A stretch of DNA of 64,000 bases from Mobula hypostoma (lineage: Eukaryota): NCBI RefSeq assembly GCF_963921235.1, contig NC_086107.1, positions 99,636,001 through 99,700,000 on the forward strand, in the 5' to 3' direction. Shown piece by piece: positions 1-13,654 of this stretch (position 1 is its first letter; every line of letters starts with the position of its first letter). The position numbers were made by a program, and so were the translations under genes. The notes under the pieces were generated by a model that had not been told where the DNA came from, ran no database searches, and was given only the letters and a program-made list of their open reading frames with translations.

Positions 1-3000
1 CACTGGTATTCACTGACTCACACTGGACTACACTGACTCACACTGGTCTACGACTCACACTGGTTTACACTGAGTCACACTGGTCTACACCGACTCACAC
101 TGGTCTACACTGACTCACACTGGTCTACACAGACTCACACTGGTCTACACCGACTCACACTGGTTTACACCGACTCACACTGGTCTACACCGACTCACAC
201 TGGTCTACACCGACTCACACTGTTCTACACCGACTCACACTTGTCTACACTGACTCACACTGGTCTACACCGACTCACACTAGTTTACACCGACACACTG
301 GTCTACACCGACTCACACGGGTCTACACCAACTCTCATTGGTCTACACCGACTCACACTGGTCTACACCGACTCACACTGGTCTACACTGACTCACACTG
401 GTTTACACCGACTCACACTGGTCTACACCGACTCACACTGGTCTACACTGACTCACACTGGTCTAGACCGACTCACACTTGTCTACACTGACTCACACTG
501 GTCTACACCGACTCACACTGGTTTACACCGACTCACACTGGTCTACACCGACTCACACTGGTCTACACTGACTCACACTGTTCTACACCGACTCACACTT
601 GTCTACACTGACTCACACTGGTCTACACCGACTCACACTGGTATTCACTGACTCACACTGGTCTACACTGACTCACACTGGTCTACACTGACTCACACTG
701 GTCTACACAGACTCACACTGGTCTACATGGACTCACACTGGTCTACACAGACTAACACTGGTCTACATGAACTCACACTGGTCTACACTGACTCACACTG
801 GTCTACACCGACTCACACTGGTCTACATGGACTCACACTGGTCCACACTGACTCACACTGGTCTACACAGACTCACACTGGTCTACACCGACTCACACTG
901 GTCTACACTGACTCACACTGGTCTACACAGACTCACACTGGTCTACACTGACTCACACTGGTCTACACCGACTCACACAGGTCTACACTGACTCACACTG
1001 GTCTACACCGACTCACACTGGTCTACACTGTCTCACACTGGTCTACACGGACTCACACCGCTCTACACAGACTCACACCGGTCTACACCGACTCACACTG
1101 GTCTACACCGTCTCACACTGGTCTACACTGACTCGCACTGGTCTACACCGACCTCACACTGGTCTACACCGACTCACACTGGTCTACACCGACTCACACT
1201 TGTATTGACTGACTCACACTGGTCTACACAGACTCACACCGCTCTACACAGACTCACACCGGTCTACACCGACTCACACTGGTCCACACCGACTCACACT
1301 GGTCTACACTGACTCGCACTGGTCTACACCAACCTCACACTGGTCTACACTGACTCACACTGGTCTACACCAACCTCACACTGGTCTACACCGACTCACA
1401 CTGGTATTCACTGACTCACACTGGACTACACTGACACACACTGGTCTACGACTCACACTGGTTTACATGGACTCACACTGGTTTACACTGACTCACACTG
1501 GTCTACACCGACTCACACTGGTCTACACTGACTCACACTGGTCTACACCGACTCACACTGGTCTACACGGACTCACACTGGTCTACACCGACTCACACTG
1601 GTCTACACAGACTCACACTGGTCTACACCGACTCACACTGGTTTACACTGACTCACACTGGTCTACACCGACTCACACTGGTCTACACTGACTCACACTG
1701 GTCTACACTGACTCACACTGGTCTACACCGACTCACACTGGTCTACACTGACTCACACTGGTCTACACTGACTCACACTGGTCTACACCGACTCACACTG
1801 GTTTACACTGACTCACACTGGTCTACACCGACTCACACTGGTCTACACTGACTCACACTGGTCTACACTGACTCACACTGGTCTACACCGACACACTAGT
1901 TTACACCGACACACTGGTCTACACCGACTCACACTGGTCTACACCGACTCACACTGGTCTACATGGACTCACACTGGTCTACACTGACTTACACTGGTGT
2001 ACACAGACTCACACTGGTCTACACAGACTCACACTGGTCTACACTGACTCACACTGGTCTACACAGACTCACACTGGTCTACACCGACTCACACTGGTCT
2101 ACACTGACTCACACTGGTCTACACCGACTCACACTAGTTTACACCGACACACTGGTCTACACTGACTCACACTGGTCTACACCGACTCACACTGGTCTAC
2201 ATGGACTCACACTGCTCTACACAGACTCACACTGGTCTACATGGACTACACCGACACACTGGTCTACACCGACTCACACTGGTCTACATGGACTCACACT
2301 GGTCTACACTGACTTACACTGGTGTACACAGACTCACACTGGTCTACACCGACTCACACTGGTCTACATGGACTCACACTGGTCTACACTGACTTACACT
2401 GGTCTACACAGACTCACACTGGTCTACATGGACTCACACTGGTCTACACTGACTCACACTGGTCTACACCGACTCACACTGGTCTACATGGACTCACACT
2501 GGTCCACACTGACTCACACTGGTCTACACAGACTCACACTGGTCTACACCGACTCACACTAGTTTACACCGACTCACACTGGTCTACATGGACTCACACT
2601 GCTCTACACAGACTCACACTGGTCTACATGGACTACTGGTCTACACGACACACTGGTCTACACAGACTCACACTGGTCTACACAGACTCACACTGGTCTA
2701 CACTGACTCACACTGGTCTACACAGACTCACACTGGTCTACACCGACTCACACTGGTCTACACTGACTCACACTGGTCTACACCGACTCACACTAGTTTA
2801 CACCGACACACTGGTCTACACTGACTCACACTGGTCTACACCGACTCACACTGGTCTACATGGACTCACACTGCTCTACACAGACTCACACTGGTCTACA
2901 TGGACTACACCGACACACTGGTCTACACCGACTCACACTGGTCTACACTGACTCACACTGGTCTACACCGACTCACACTAGTTTACACCGACACACTGGT

Positions 3001-5555
3001 CTACACTGACTCACACTGGTCTACACCGACTCACACTGGTCTACATGGACTCACACTGCTCTACACAGACTCACACTGGTCTACATGGACTCACACTGGT
3101 CTACACAGACTCACACTGGTCTACATGGACTCACACTGGTCTACACTGACTCACACTGGTCTACACAGACTCACACTGGTCTACACCGACTCACACGGGT
3201 CCACACCGACTCACTCTGGTCTACACCGGCTCACACTGGTATTCACTGACTCACACTGGACTACACTCACACTGGTCTACGACTCACACTGGTTTACACC
3301 GACTCACACTGGTTTACACCGACTCACACTGGTCTACACCGACTCACACTGGTCTACACCGACTCACACTGGTTTACACCGACTCACACTGGTCTACACC
3401 GACTCACACTGGTCTACACTGACTCACACTGGTCTACACAGACTCACACTGGTCTACTCGGACTCACACTGGTCTACACCGACTCACACTGGTCTACACT
3501 GACTCACACTGGTCTACACTGACGCACACTGGTCTACACCGACTCACACTGGTCTACACGGACTCACACTGGTCTACACTGACTCGCACTGGACTACACA
3601 GACTCACACTGGTCTACACCGATTCACACTGGTCTACACCGACTCACACTGGTCTACACCGACTCACACTGGTCTACACTGACTCACACAGGTCTACACC
3701 GACTCACAGTGGTCTACATGGACTCACACTGGTCTACACTGACTTACACTGGTCTACACAGCCTCACACTGGTCTACACGGACTCACACCGGTCTACACA
3801 GACTCACACCGGTCTACACCGACTCACACTGGTCTACACCGACTCACACTGGTCTACACGGACTCACACTGGTCTACACTGACTCGCACTGGACTACACA
3901 GACTCACACTGGTCTACACCGACTCACACGGGTCCACACCGACTCACTCTGGTCTACACCGGCTCACACTGGTATTCACTGACTCACACAGGTCTACACC
4001 GACTCACAGTGGTCTACATGGACTCACACTGGTCTACACTGACTTACACTGGTCTACACAGCCTCACACTGGTCTACACCGACTCACACTGGTCTACATG
4101 GACTCACACTGGTCTACACTGACTCGCACTGGACTACACCGACCTCACACTTGTCTACACCGACTCACAGTGGTCTACACCGACTTCACACTGGTCTACA
4201 CCGACTCACACTCGTCTACATGGACTCACACTGGCCTACACCAACTGTCATTGGTCTACACCGACTCACACTGGTTTACACCGACATACTGGTCTACACC
4301 GACTCACACTGGTCTACACTGACTCACACTGGTCTACACCGACTCACACTGGTCTACATGGACTCACACTGGTCTACACTGACTTACACTGGTCTACACA
4401 GACTCACACTGGTCTACATGGACTCACACTGCTCTACACTGACTCACACTGGTCTACACCGACTCACACTGGTCTACATGGACTCACACTGGTCCACACT
4501 GACTCACACTGGTGTACACAGACTCACACTGGTCTACACCGACTCACACTGGTCTACACTGACTCACACTGGTCTACACCGACTCACACTGGTCTACACC
4601 GACTCACACTGGTCTACATGGACTCACACTAGTTTACACCGACACACACTGGTCTACACTGACTCACACTGGTCTACACCGACTCACAGTGGTCTACATG
4701 GACTCACACTGGTCTACACTGACTTACACTGGTCTACACCGACCTCACACTGGTCTACACCGACTCACACTGGTCTACACTGACTCACACTGGTCTACAC
4801 CGACTCACACTGGTCTACATGGACTCACACTGGTCTACACTGACTCACACTGGTCTACACAGACTCACACTAGTCTACATGGACTCACACTAGTCTACAT
4901 GGACTCATACTGGTCCACACTGACTCACACTGGTGTACACAGACTCACACTGGTCTACACCGACTCACACTGGTCTACACTGACTCACACTGGTCTACAC
5001 CGACTCACACTGGTCTACACTGACTCACACTGGTCTACACCGACTCACACTAGTTTACACCGACTCACACTGGTCTACACCGACTCACACTGGTCTACAC
5101 TGACTCACACTGGTCTACACGGACTCACACTAGTTTACACCGACACACACTGGTCTACACCGACTCACACTGGTCTACACCGACTCACACTGGTCTACAT
5201 GGACTCACACTGGTCTACACTGACTCACACTAGTTTACACCGACACACTGGTCTACACCGACTCACACTGGCTTACACTGACTCACACTGGTCTACACCG
5301 ACTCACAGTGGTCTACACCGACACACACTGGTCTACACCGACACACACTGGTCTACACCGACTCACACTGGTCTACACTGACTCACACTGGTCTACACCG
5401 ACTCACACTGGTCTACATGGACTCACACTGGTCTACACTGACTCACACTGGTCTACACCGACTCACACTGGTCTACATCGACTCACACTGGTCTACACGG
5501 ACTCACACTAGTCTACACCGATTCACACTGGTCTACACCGACTCTCACTGGTCTA
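1..5555. repeat. 20-bp tandem minisatellite (consensus GACTCACACTGGTCTACACC/T), starts before the window
   Basis: Directly visible 20-nt periodicity with variant units (..ACATG, ..ACACA, TAGTTT, GTATTC). The long HTGLHRLTLVYTDSHWST ORFs are translations of this repeat. Confidence 0.97.
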
Positions 5556-5595
5556 TATTAACTGATAGTCAAATACATTTACTTAAACATTTCTA

Positions 5596-6310
5596 CATTG
5601 ACTTAAAGTTCAACGTAAATTTATTATCAATGTACATATATTCCACCATATACAGCATACTCAATAAAACCATCATAGAATAATAACCATAATAGAATCA
5701 ATGAAATACCCCATCAACTTGAGCTTTCAACCATTGTGCATAAGACAATAAACTGAGCAGATGCAGAAAGAAAAAAATGATAATAAGAAATAAATAAGCA
5801 ATAAATATTGAGAACATGAGATGAGGAGCCCTTGAAAGTGAGTCCATTGGTTGTGGGAACATTTCAATGATGGGGCAGGTGAAGTTGAGTGAAGTTATCT
5901 CCTTTGCTTCAAGAGCCTCAAGGTTGAGGGGTAGCAACAATTTCTGAACCCGGTGGTGTGAGTCCTGAGGCTCCTGTGATAGCTTCCTGAAGGCAGCATG
6001 AAGAAGAGAGCATGTCCTGGACAGTGGTGATTCTTGATGATGAATGCTGCTTTCCCACAGCAACGTTTCGTGTAGATGTGGTCAATGGTGGGGAGGATTT
6101 GTCCGTGATGGACTGCGCTGTATCTGTAGGGTTCCATCCAAGGGCATTGGCGAAGCAACCAGTCAACTCTCCACTGCACATCTATGGAGATTTTTCCAAG
6201 TTTTAGATGTTATACCGAATCTTTGCAAACTTCAGAGGAAGTTGAGGTGCTACTCTGCTTTCTTCATAATTGCACTTATGGACAGTCTTCTGAAATTATA
6301 ACAGTAAGTA
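5596..6310 (-). mobile_element. Rex1/Babar-type LINE 3' fragment (degenerate)
   Basis: Minus-strand peptides TIDHIYTKRCCGKAAFIIKNHHCPGHALFFMLPSGSYHRSLRTHTTGFRN match the C-terminal motif of the copies at 8.5-9.4, 32.1 and 49 kb. Confidence 0.75.
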
Positions 6311-6606
6311 CTTTCAAATTGCTATAGTTTAAAGTAACTTACACTGGTCTACATTAACCCATAGTGACCTACGTTTATTTACGCTGAACTGCACTGATCT
6401 ACGCTGACTTGCGCTGGCCTAAGTTCACATATACTGGGTCCCTATTAGGTAAAATGGTTGTTGTGACGCATCTAGTGTGCTTGTGCAGTGAGTGGTGCTT
6501 GTCGCTCTCATTTTCAGCTTCCACCGCTGGCTAGCAGTCTTGCGAAAATGAGAGCTGAATGTATAAATCTCTCCGACAGCAAGCCTCATGCAATGCCTCC
6601 TCACTG

Positions 6607-7809
6607 TGTCATGGTCCGGTCCGTGAAGTCTGTATTCCAGTTCACGGTCCGGTCCATCGACCCTTGCTCCAGGTTTTCCTATCTACACTGTTTCTGTTCT
6701 TATTGAGCACTAATTGAGGTAGCTGATGCTCATTGGGGCTGGCTGCATAAATACCTTCAGAGACCCAGGCATGGCTGCTGGATTGTTCTTCCCCTTACTC
6801 CTTGTATCCCTCCCTCTGCCTTCTGTTTCCTCGCCTGAAGCCCTGCCTTGTCTTGCCAGTAACTCTCGCCTCACCTGAAGTTCTCATCTCGCCTTGCTTT
6901 GCCAGAAGCCTTGCCTTGTCTTGTCGGTAACTCTTGCCTCATCTCGCCAGCAATCTTGCCTTGGAGTCACCCTGTACCTAGATCCCTTCCTGTCCCTTGC
7001 CTCTGCCCAGGTAAGCCAGGCCAACTTGCCGTTACCTGGGGTTGCTTCTGTCCCTCCTGTCCCATGCCTCCGTCGGGTGGTGAACGGCGCCCTGCCCAGA
7101 TGTACCGCGCCCTGCCCAGGTGATCCGCGCCCTGCCCAGGTGAACCATGCCCTGCCCCGGATGAGCCTGCCTAACCTCAAGCCTGAGGACTCCACCCTCC
7201 AGCCCAGCCTCGCCTCAAGTCACCTGCCTCCAGCCTCCAGCCCAGCCTCACCTCGTCTCCTGCCTCCAGCCTCCAGCCCAGCCTTGCCTCAAGTCTCCTG
7301 CCTCCAGCCTCCAGCCCAGCCTTGCCTCGTCTCCTGCCTCCAGCCTCCAACCTCACCTCGCCTCAAGACTCCAGCCTCCTGCCTAGCCTCAAGTTAGAAG
7401 ACTCCAGCCTCTAGCCTCTTGCCAAGCCAAGCCAAGTCTCTAGCCTCTAGCCTCTTGCCAAGCCAAGCCAAGTCTCTAGCCTCTAGACTGAAGCCTGAAA
7501 GCTCCAGCCTCCTGCCTCCTGCCAAGCCTCGCCTCTAGCCTCAAGCCTGAAGATTCCAGCCTCGTCCTGCCTGCCTGCCAAGCCTCGTCCTTGCCTAGTT
7601 CTGGGGTCCAAGACCCAAGTACTGGGTCCTTGTCCAGTCTCTGGCTCGGAGTCCAAGCCCGGGCTCCTAGCTCTCTTGTTCAGTCCTGTTCCAGGTTCCT
7701 GGTTTTCCTGTCCATGTCCTTGCCATTGCCCTGTATCCTAGTCCTGTCCCTAGTCCTTCAGTGTCAGTGTCTTGCACTTGGGTCCGTTCCCAGCCACCGC
7801 TTTAAGACA
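6607..7809 (+). mobile_element. Solo LTR (TG...CA) with internal CCAGCCT/CAAGCC tandem expansions
   Basis: Starts TGTCATGG and ends TAAGACA. Flanked by a perfect 5-bp TSD CACTG (6602-6606, 7810-7814). Both ends are homologous to 18664-19532. Confidence 0.8.
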
Positions 7810-8514
7810 CACTGGCAACACACGGAAGCTGAACTCCTTTCAGACTCAGGCTGAACTACAGAGGACGGGGAGGAGGTCTGGCCCCTGCTCACACAGCACA
7901 CTGGTGTGTGGACGCACCCAGGTGTTTATGGACCAGATCCCCAGCTATGGGTAAGTAGTCCCACTGCCCTGTGGGCAGCCTCGGGAGAGACGAAGGCTAC
8001 AGGAGTAAATCCAGACAGCAAATCCGGAGTGGAGCCCCTAAGGCAGCTGGACATCACTGAACATCCTTCCGGCAGCTCCTGCAGCCAAGCTGCTGCCAAA
8101 CGTATTGCTCCATAAGTTTTCCTTTGGACTACACTGGTGAGGCTGAGAGGGGGATCTGGACAACTGGGCTTCTCAAGATCTCCATACCTTCTGCCCAGGC
8201 TTGTGATGATGATCACCATCACCCATTGTCCTTTGAGACAGATGGATGACAATCATTAGGCAAAACTTTCAGTTTAAAAGATAATATTTATTTTTGTAAA
8301 CAGACAGTACTGGAGACGCTTTGTAGGGAAAGGCAGCACCCAGGGACGGAGAAACAAAGTTAACATTTCAGGTTGAGGATCATTTATCATGACAGAAAAC
8401 TGTTAGCTTGAAGTAGCAGAGAAGACAGGGAAGGCATGGGTAGAGAAAGAAATACCTCTCATAGGGCAAGACTCTGACTGTGTGGCTAGGCATAACTCAA
8501 ATGGAAAGGAAGGA

Positions 8515-9410
8515 ATTTATTGATGATACAACCATTGTTGGTAGAATCTCAGATGGAGAGGAGAGGGCGTACAGGAGTGAGATATGCCAACTAGTGGAGT
8601 GGTGCCACAGCAACGACCTGGCACTCAATGTCAGTAAGATGAAAAAGCTGATTGTGGACTTCTGGAAGAGTGAGACGAAGGAACACATACCAATCCTCAT
8701 AGAGGGATCAGAAGTGGAGAGAGTGAGCTGTTTCAAGTTCCTAGATGTCAAGATCTCTGAGGACCTAACCTGGTCCCAACATATCGATGCAGTTATAAAG
8801 AAGGCTAGACAGTGACAATACTGTACTTCATTAGGAGTTTGAAGAGATTTGGTATATATATCAACAAAAACATTCAAAAATTCTATAGATGTTCTGTGGG
8901 GAGCATTCTGACAGGCTGCGTAACCCTCTGGTATGCCGGGGGGGGGGGGGAGGATTAGCTGCAGAGGGTTGTAAATCTAATCGGCTCCATCTTGGGTACA
9001 AGCCTACAAAGTACCCAGGACATCTTCAAGGAGCGTTGTCTCAGGAAGGTAGCATCCATTATTAAGGACCTGCAGCACCCTGGACATGTCCTTTCCTCAC
9101 TGTTACCATCAGGTAGGAGGTACAGAAGCCTGAAGGCACACACTCAGAGATTCAGGAACAGCTTCTTCCCCTCTGCCATCCGATTCCTAAATGGACATTG
9201 AACCCTTGAACACTATCTCACTTTTTAAGTATATGTTATTTCTGTTTTTGCATGATTTTTAATCCATTCAATAGATTAAATTGTAACTGATTAACGTACT
9301 TATTATTTTTACTTTTTTTTCTCGATTATGTATTGCATTGAACTGCTGCTAAGTTAACAAATTTCACGACACATGCCGGTGATAATAGACCTGATTCTGA
9401 TTCCGATTCT
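8515..9410 (+). mobile_element. Rex1/Babar-type LINE, 5'-truncated
   Basis: FIDDTTIVGRISDGEERAYRSEI...LALNVSK...LTWSQHIDAVIKKARQ and RCLRKVASIIKDLQHPGH...LPSGRRYRS motifs; ends in a (GATTCT)n tail. Confidence 0.85.
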
Positions 9411-9920
9411 GTAATGGGGCAACTCTAACAGGACAACTGAAGAACAGTTAAGTGAGTTTGAGCTTCTTTGTCTCTGTAACTTACGCCAACCCTACTCCTT
9501 CTCCCCCCGAGATCTCCTTCACTTCAGTTGCTGGGCTCTGTACTCCAGAGGTCGCCCCCTATACCGTTCGGCCAGGACGTTCCCAACCTTGTTTATGCCA
9601 TGGACCCCTACCATTAACCAAGGGTTCTGTGGACCCCAGTTTGGGAACCCCTGCTCAATGCCACTTTCTTCCGATGAACAGCAATCTTTGTGGCTTTCCT
9701 CTGTGTGTTTGATGTCCGTGAGGGCACTTTATGCAGAGGTCACCACTCAAAGGTGCAAGTTGTTAACATATGTGATCTGAAAGCACCTAGTCTAGACTCC
9801 CCTACAATAACCTATTATGGTTGACCCATTGGGCTCTTTCCTGGGAAAAGAGGGTCATCCTATCATCAGCTGCTAAATAAATGGATCTCCTTGTTTGGAG
9901 TTTAGTAGAATGATGAATAA

Positions 9921-10572
9921 ACTTTTTTTAATTAAATATTTTTATTTTTATTTATCACAAACAAACAAAAAACACAAAAAAAAAGCACATCCACAAAAAC
10001 CACAGCGATAACAAAATCAAATTAAGTATTGAGCAGCAAGAGGGAGAAAAATATAAAGGCAAAAGTAAACATACACAGCAGAGGTGTACCGCACCAAAAA
10101 ACCTCAGTCCTCACCCCGTAAGAAAGTCCAATACAGGGCCCCATATCCTTTCAAAGATGTCCCCTCTGCCCTCATTACATAGTCTCAGTCTCTCCAAATG
10201 TAAAGTATTTGCTGGTTCTCTCAGCCACAGATCATACGTAGGCACAGAGTCCATTTTCCACATTTGCAGGATTAACTTCTTAGCAATCACCATTCCAAAC
10301 AATACAGCCATTTTTTTTCATACATATTGGCTGAAGATAGGGAGCTTGTTGCTCCAAGGATGGCTATGAGCAGGTCTGGTTTCCACCGCTTCCCGAAAGC
10401 CTCAGAGAAACAGTGAAAAATACTTTTCCAGTATGCATAAATCTTACAACATGACCAGAATGTGACAAGTTACTGTTCACAGATTTACATCTATTACAAA
10501 CTGGTGAAACATCAGGGTAGAAACTGTGCAACTTTTCTTTGGAATAATGGAGTAACAGTTTTGTTTTAAAGT
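9921..10572 (-). mobile_element. 5'-truncated L1-clade LINE inserted in an old CR1 fragment
   Basis: CNRCK zinc-knuckle region and HLERLRL..IFERIWGP C-terminus; T-rich tail on +; 13-bp TSD GAATGATGAATAA (9908-9920, 10573-10585). Confidence 0.75.
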
Positions 10573-11270
10573 GAATGATGAATAACCTTATCAAAACCTG
10601 TACGATCCTTAGAGGCTATGATAGAGTTGGTATTAAGATGCTGGTAGGAGCCTCTTGAAAGAAGGGACATAGTTACAAGGTTAGGGAAGGACACTTAAAT
10701 CTGATATTTGGGGATTTCTTTTCACAGAGGATTCTGAATCCCTGGAATTCTCTATTACAGAAGTTTAAGGAGCCCTGAGTATCTAAAGAGGAAGCAAGGA
10801 AAGTTTTGAAAGAACAAGAGACTGGCACAGAAGAGGAAGTGAGACATGGGGCAGGTTAGCCATGATTATGTTGAAACGCAGATTGCAGGGGCCACATGGC
10901 TTACTGTTCCGATGTTGTGAGGTAGAATCCTGGGGAAGGAGGGACCTCTAACCTTCCCTGACAGCATAACAAGCCATTCCTTCCAAACCCCACCCCCACA
11001 CCCCGGTCTCTGCACAGTGCATGATCATGTGGACCAACGGAAGCCCAGTTCAAGGTCTGAAGGCCAGTCGGAAGTCCAGGGGTTGAGCCCCAACGGCAGG
11101 AGCCCAAATCTGCGAGTCTGCTGAGGAAGTCAAAGGCTCAATGTATACCCATCCGCCAGCCCGTTAGGGGCTGGACGCCAAAGGACACGGTCTGTCCCGG
11201 AGTGGGAGAGCTGTGAATGTGCGTGGGTGGGGGGGTTTAGGAAAGGGGCTTGTTTTGTTTTGAAAGGGGT

Positions 11271-12068
11271 ATGTAAGCGTAAGTGCTACACCTGTCCCTA
11301 CACCTCCTCTCTTGCCACCATTCAGGGCCCCAATCAGTCCTTCCAGGTGAGGCAACACTTCGCTTGTGAGTCTGTCGGGGTCATCTATTGCATCCGGTGC
11401 TCCCGGTGCGGCTTCCTCTACATCGGTGAAACCCGACGCAGATTGGGGGACCGCTTCGTCGAGCAGCTCCACTCCGTCTGCCACAACAGACAGGATCTCC
11501 CAGTAGCCACCCACTTCAACTCTGCTTTCCACTCTCATTCAGATATGTCCATACATGGCCTCCTCTACTGCCATGGTAAGGCTAAACTCAAGTTGGAGGA
11601 GCAACACCTCATATACCGTCTAGGTAGTCTCCAGCCCCTTGGTATGAACATAGAATTCTCCAACTTCCAGTAATTCCCTTCCCCTCCCTTCCCCTATCCC
11701 TATTTCACTCTGCCCCCTCCCCCAGCTGCCTACCACCTCCCTCATGGCTCCACCTCCTTCTACTACCCATTGTGTTTTCCCCTATTCCTTCTTCACCTTT
11801 CCTGCCCATCACCCCCCTGCTTCCCCTCCCCCACCCCTTTATCTTTCCCCTTACTGGTTTTTCACCTGGAACCTACCAGCCTTCTCCTTCCCACCCTCCC
11901 CCCACCTTCTTTATCGGGCCTCTGCCCCTTCCCCCTACAGTCCTGACGAAGGGTTCCGGCCCGAAATGTCGACTGATCGTTTCCACGGATGCTGCCCGGC
12001 CTGCTGAGTTCCTCCAGCGTGTTGTGAGTGTTGCTTTGACCCCGGCATCTGCAGAGTATTTTGTGTTT
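11271..12068 (+). mobile_element. Penelope-like element 3' part (GIY-YIG endonuclease plus terminal repeat with hammerhead motif)
   Basis: VIYCIRCSRCGFLYIGETRRRLGDRFVEQL...GMNIEF is a PLE GIY-YIG domain. Its 3' half is nearly identical to 54030-54525 (-). Confidence 0.85.
11938..11975 (+). ncRNA. Minimal type-I hammerhead ribozyme motif (one stem-III variant)
   Basis: CAGTC-CTGACGA-A-GGG(TTCCGG)CCC-GAAA-TG-TC-GACTG. Confidence 0.55.
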
Positions 12069-12789
12069 GCTGCTGTTGTTTCGTTGTTTGTTCTATTCTG
12101 TGTTGTTCTGCCAAGCATTGTGGGCGTGCTATGTTGGCACCAGAATGTGTGGCAATACTTGCGGGCTGCCCCCAGCGCACCCTTGGGTGTGCTGCTTGTT
12201 AGCACAGATGACACATGTTTTGATGAACGTGTGTTAAATAAATCTGAACAAGATGCTGAAGGAGCTCAGCAGGTCAGGCATACCTCTGAAGAGGAGTCAA
12301 CAGTGATATTTTGCACTGAGACCCTTCACTGGGGCTTCGTTTATCATCCCCTGAGAGACAGAGCCACTGAAGGCAGCTCTTGGCTCAGAGGCAGGAAGCG
12401 GCCGAACGACTTGTATGTCTCCAGTACTCTGGAGGAGGCAGAAAGTGTCGGTCCTCACCACAAAACTGCTACTGCTCACAGGACAATTGGATCCCGTCCA
12501 TAAAGTGTGCAGGGAGAAGTACCCAGCTCGGGGCTCCGAAATGGAGACTTTGTTCATGGAATGCAGGTTGACAGGTGACCAGCTCGGGGCAGACCTGGTC
12601 CAATCACCACTACTGTGAGTTCACAGCACAGACATAGCCTGCCCCTGTAAATTCCAGCTGTCCTCGGTGTCCAGCCCATACCCCTCCACCCTGTTGGATG
12701 ACCAGGTCATTTCCCACAAGTAAATGAATCTCCGGGTTGAACATGGTGACGTATATGTACTTTGATGACAAGCCTACCTTGAACTTTGA

Positions 12790-13070
12790 GATGGCTGACG
12801 TGCAGACAAGACCATCATCCACTTCTTGGTGGAAGTCTAGAAAAGGGACGCGGCGGTCCTTGTCAAGGTCTGCCCCGAGCAGGAACATAATAGAGGACTC
12901 TCTCATCTACTGTCTGTACCTGGGTCACACACGTACGGACGTTAAGTGCTGGCATCAAGTCAGCTTGGTGAAAGGCACTCTGAGACCTGCTCAAACTTCC
13001 AGTGGAAGGAGGACAACTGGTACATTTCAGAGTGAGGGAGTGTGTGCTGACAGACTGTCTTTCAGTTTAT
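12790..13070 (+). mobile_element. Degenerate Tx1/L1-like LINE fragment
   Basis: EDSLIYCLYLGHTRTDVKCWHQVSLVKGTL resembles a Tx1-type ORF2 C-terminus (recalled similarity only). Confidence 0.4.
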
Positions 13071-13654
13071 AATATCTCACCGTATTTATGATTGAGAATG
13101 ATCGGTATGGATGGCATAAGGCAGTTCTTTTTATTGTACCTTGGTATATTTGGCAATAATAAACCAAATATCAATTAGATTCAGATTTATCGATCACATA
13201 TTTGATCTATACTATCTAATCATCTATACTTTCCTCCAATTATGCCCCATCATTTTAGCCATGGGAAAAGGTCTCTGACTGTCCACTTGATCTACGTCTC
13301 TACCAAGACACCTCTCGTCCTCCTTTGCTCCAAAGGAAAAAGCCCAGGCTCGCTCATATTTCATGCCCTCGTATTGGTAAGCAAAGGATGTAATTGTTAT
13401 TATCATTGATCGATAGGATCTGTTGGTGGTCAGTACTGGTTGATAGAGGACGTATTGGCAGTCATCCTCCAAAATTCCACAGATTATGGAACCATTCCTG
13501 TGAAGGAGAGGATGGAGACTTCTATCGCAAAAAGGAGGGCCAGCAAACAATAGGGACTGTAGATGTTTAGCCTAACACCAGTAGTGGGAAAAACTGCTGG
13601 AGGCCATTACAAAAGATAACATGACATCACACTTACAGAATATAAAAAGGATTA

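Noticed and set aside
241..5511. His/Thr-rich ORFs and a CRISPR-like appearance
   Set aside because: Pure tandem repeat with no unique spacers or cas genes; the ORFs are frame artefacts of a 20-nt unit.
6894..7397. Pro/Ser-rich ORFs (also 18954-19460)
   Set aside because: Translations of tandem repeats inside solo LTRs.
11772..12503. 243-aa ORF (also 31274-31906)
   Set aside because: Read-through of pyrimidine-rich Penelope termini and adjacent repeats.
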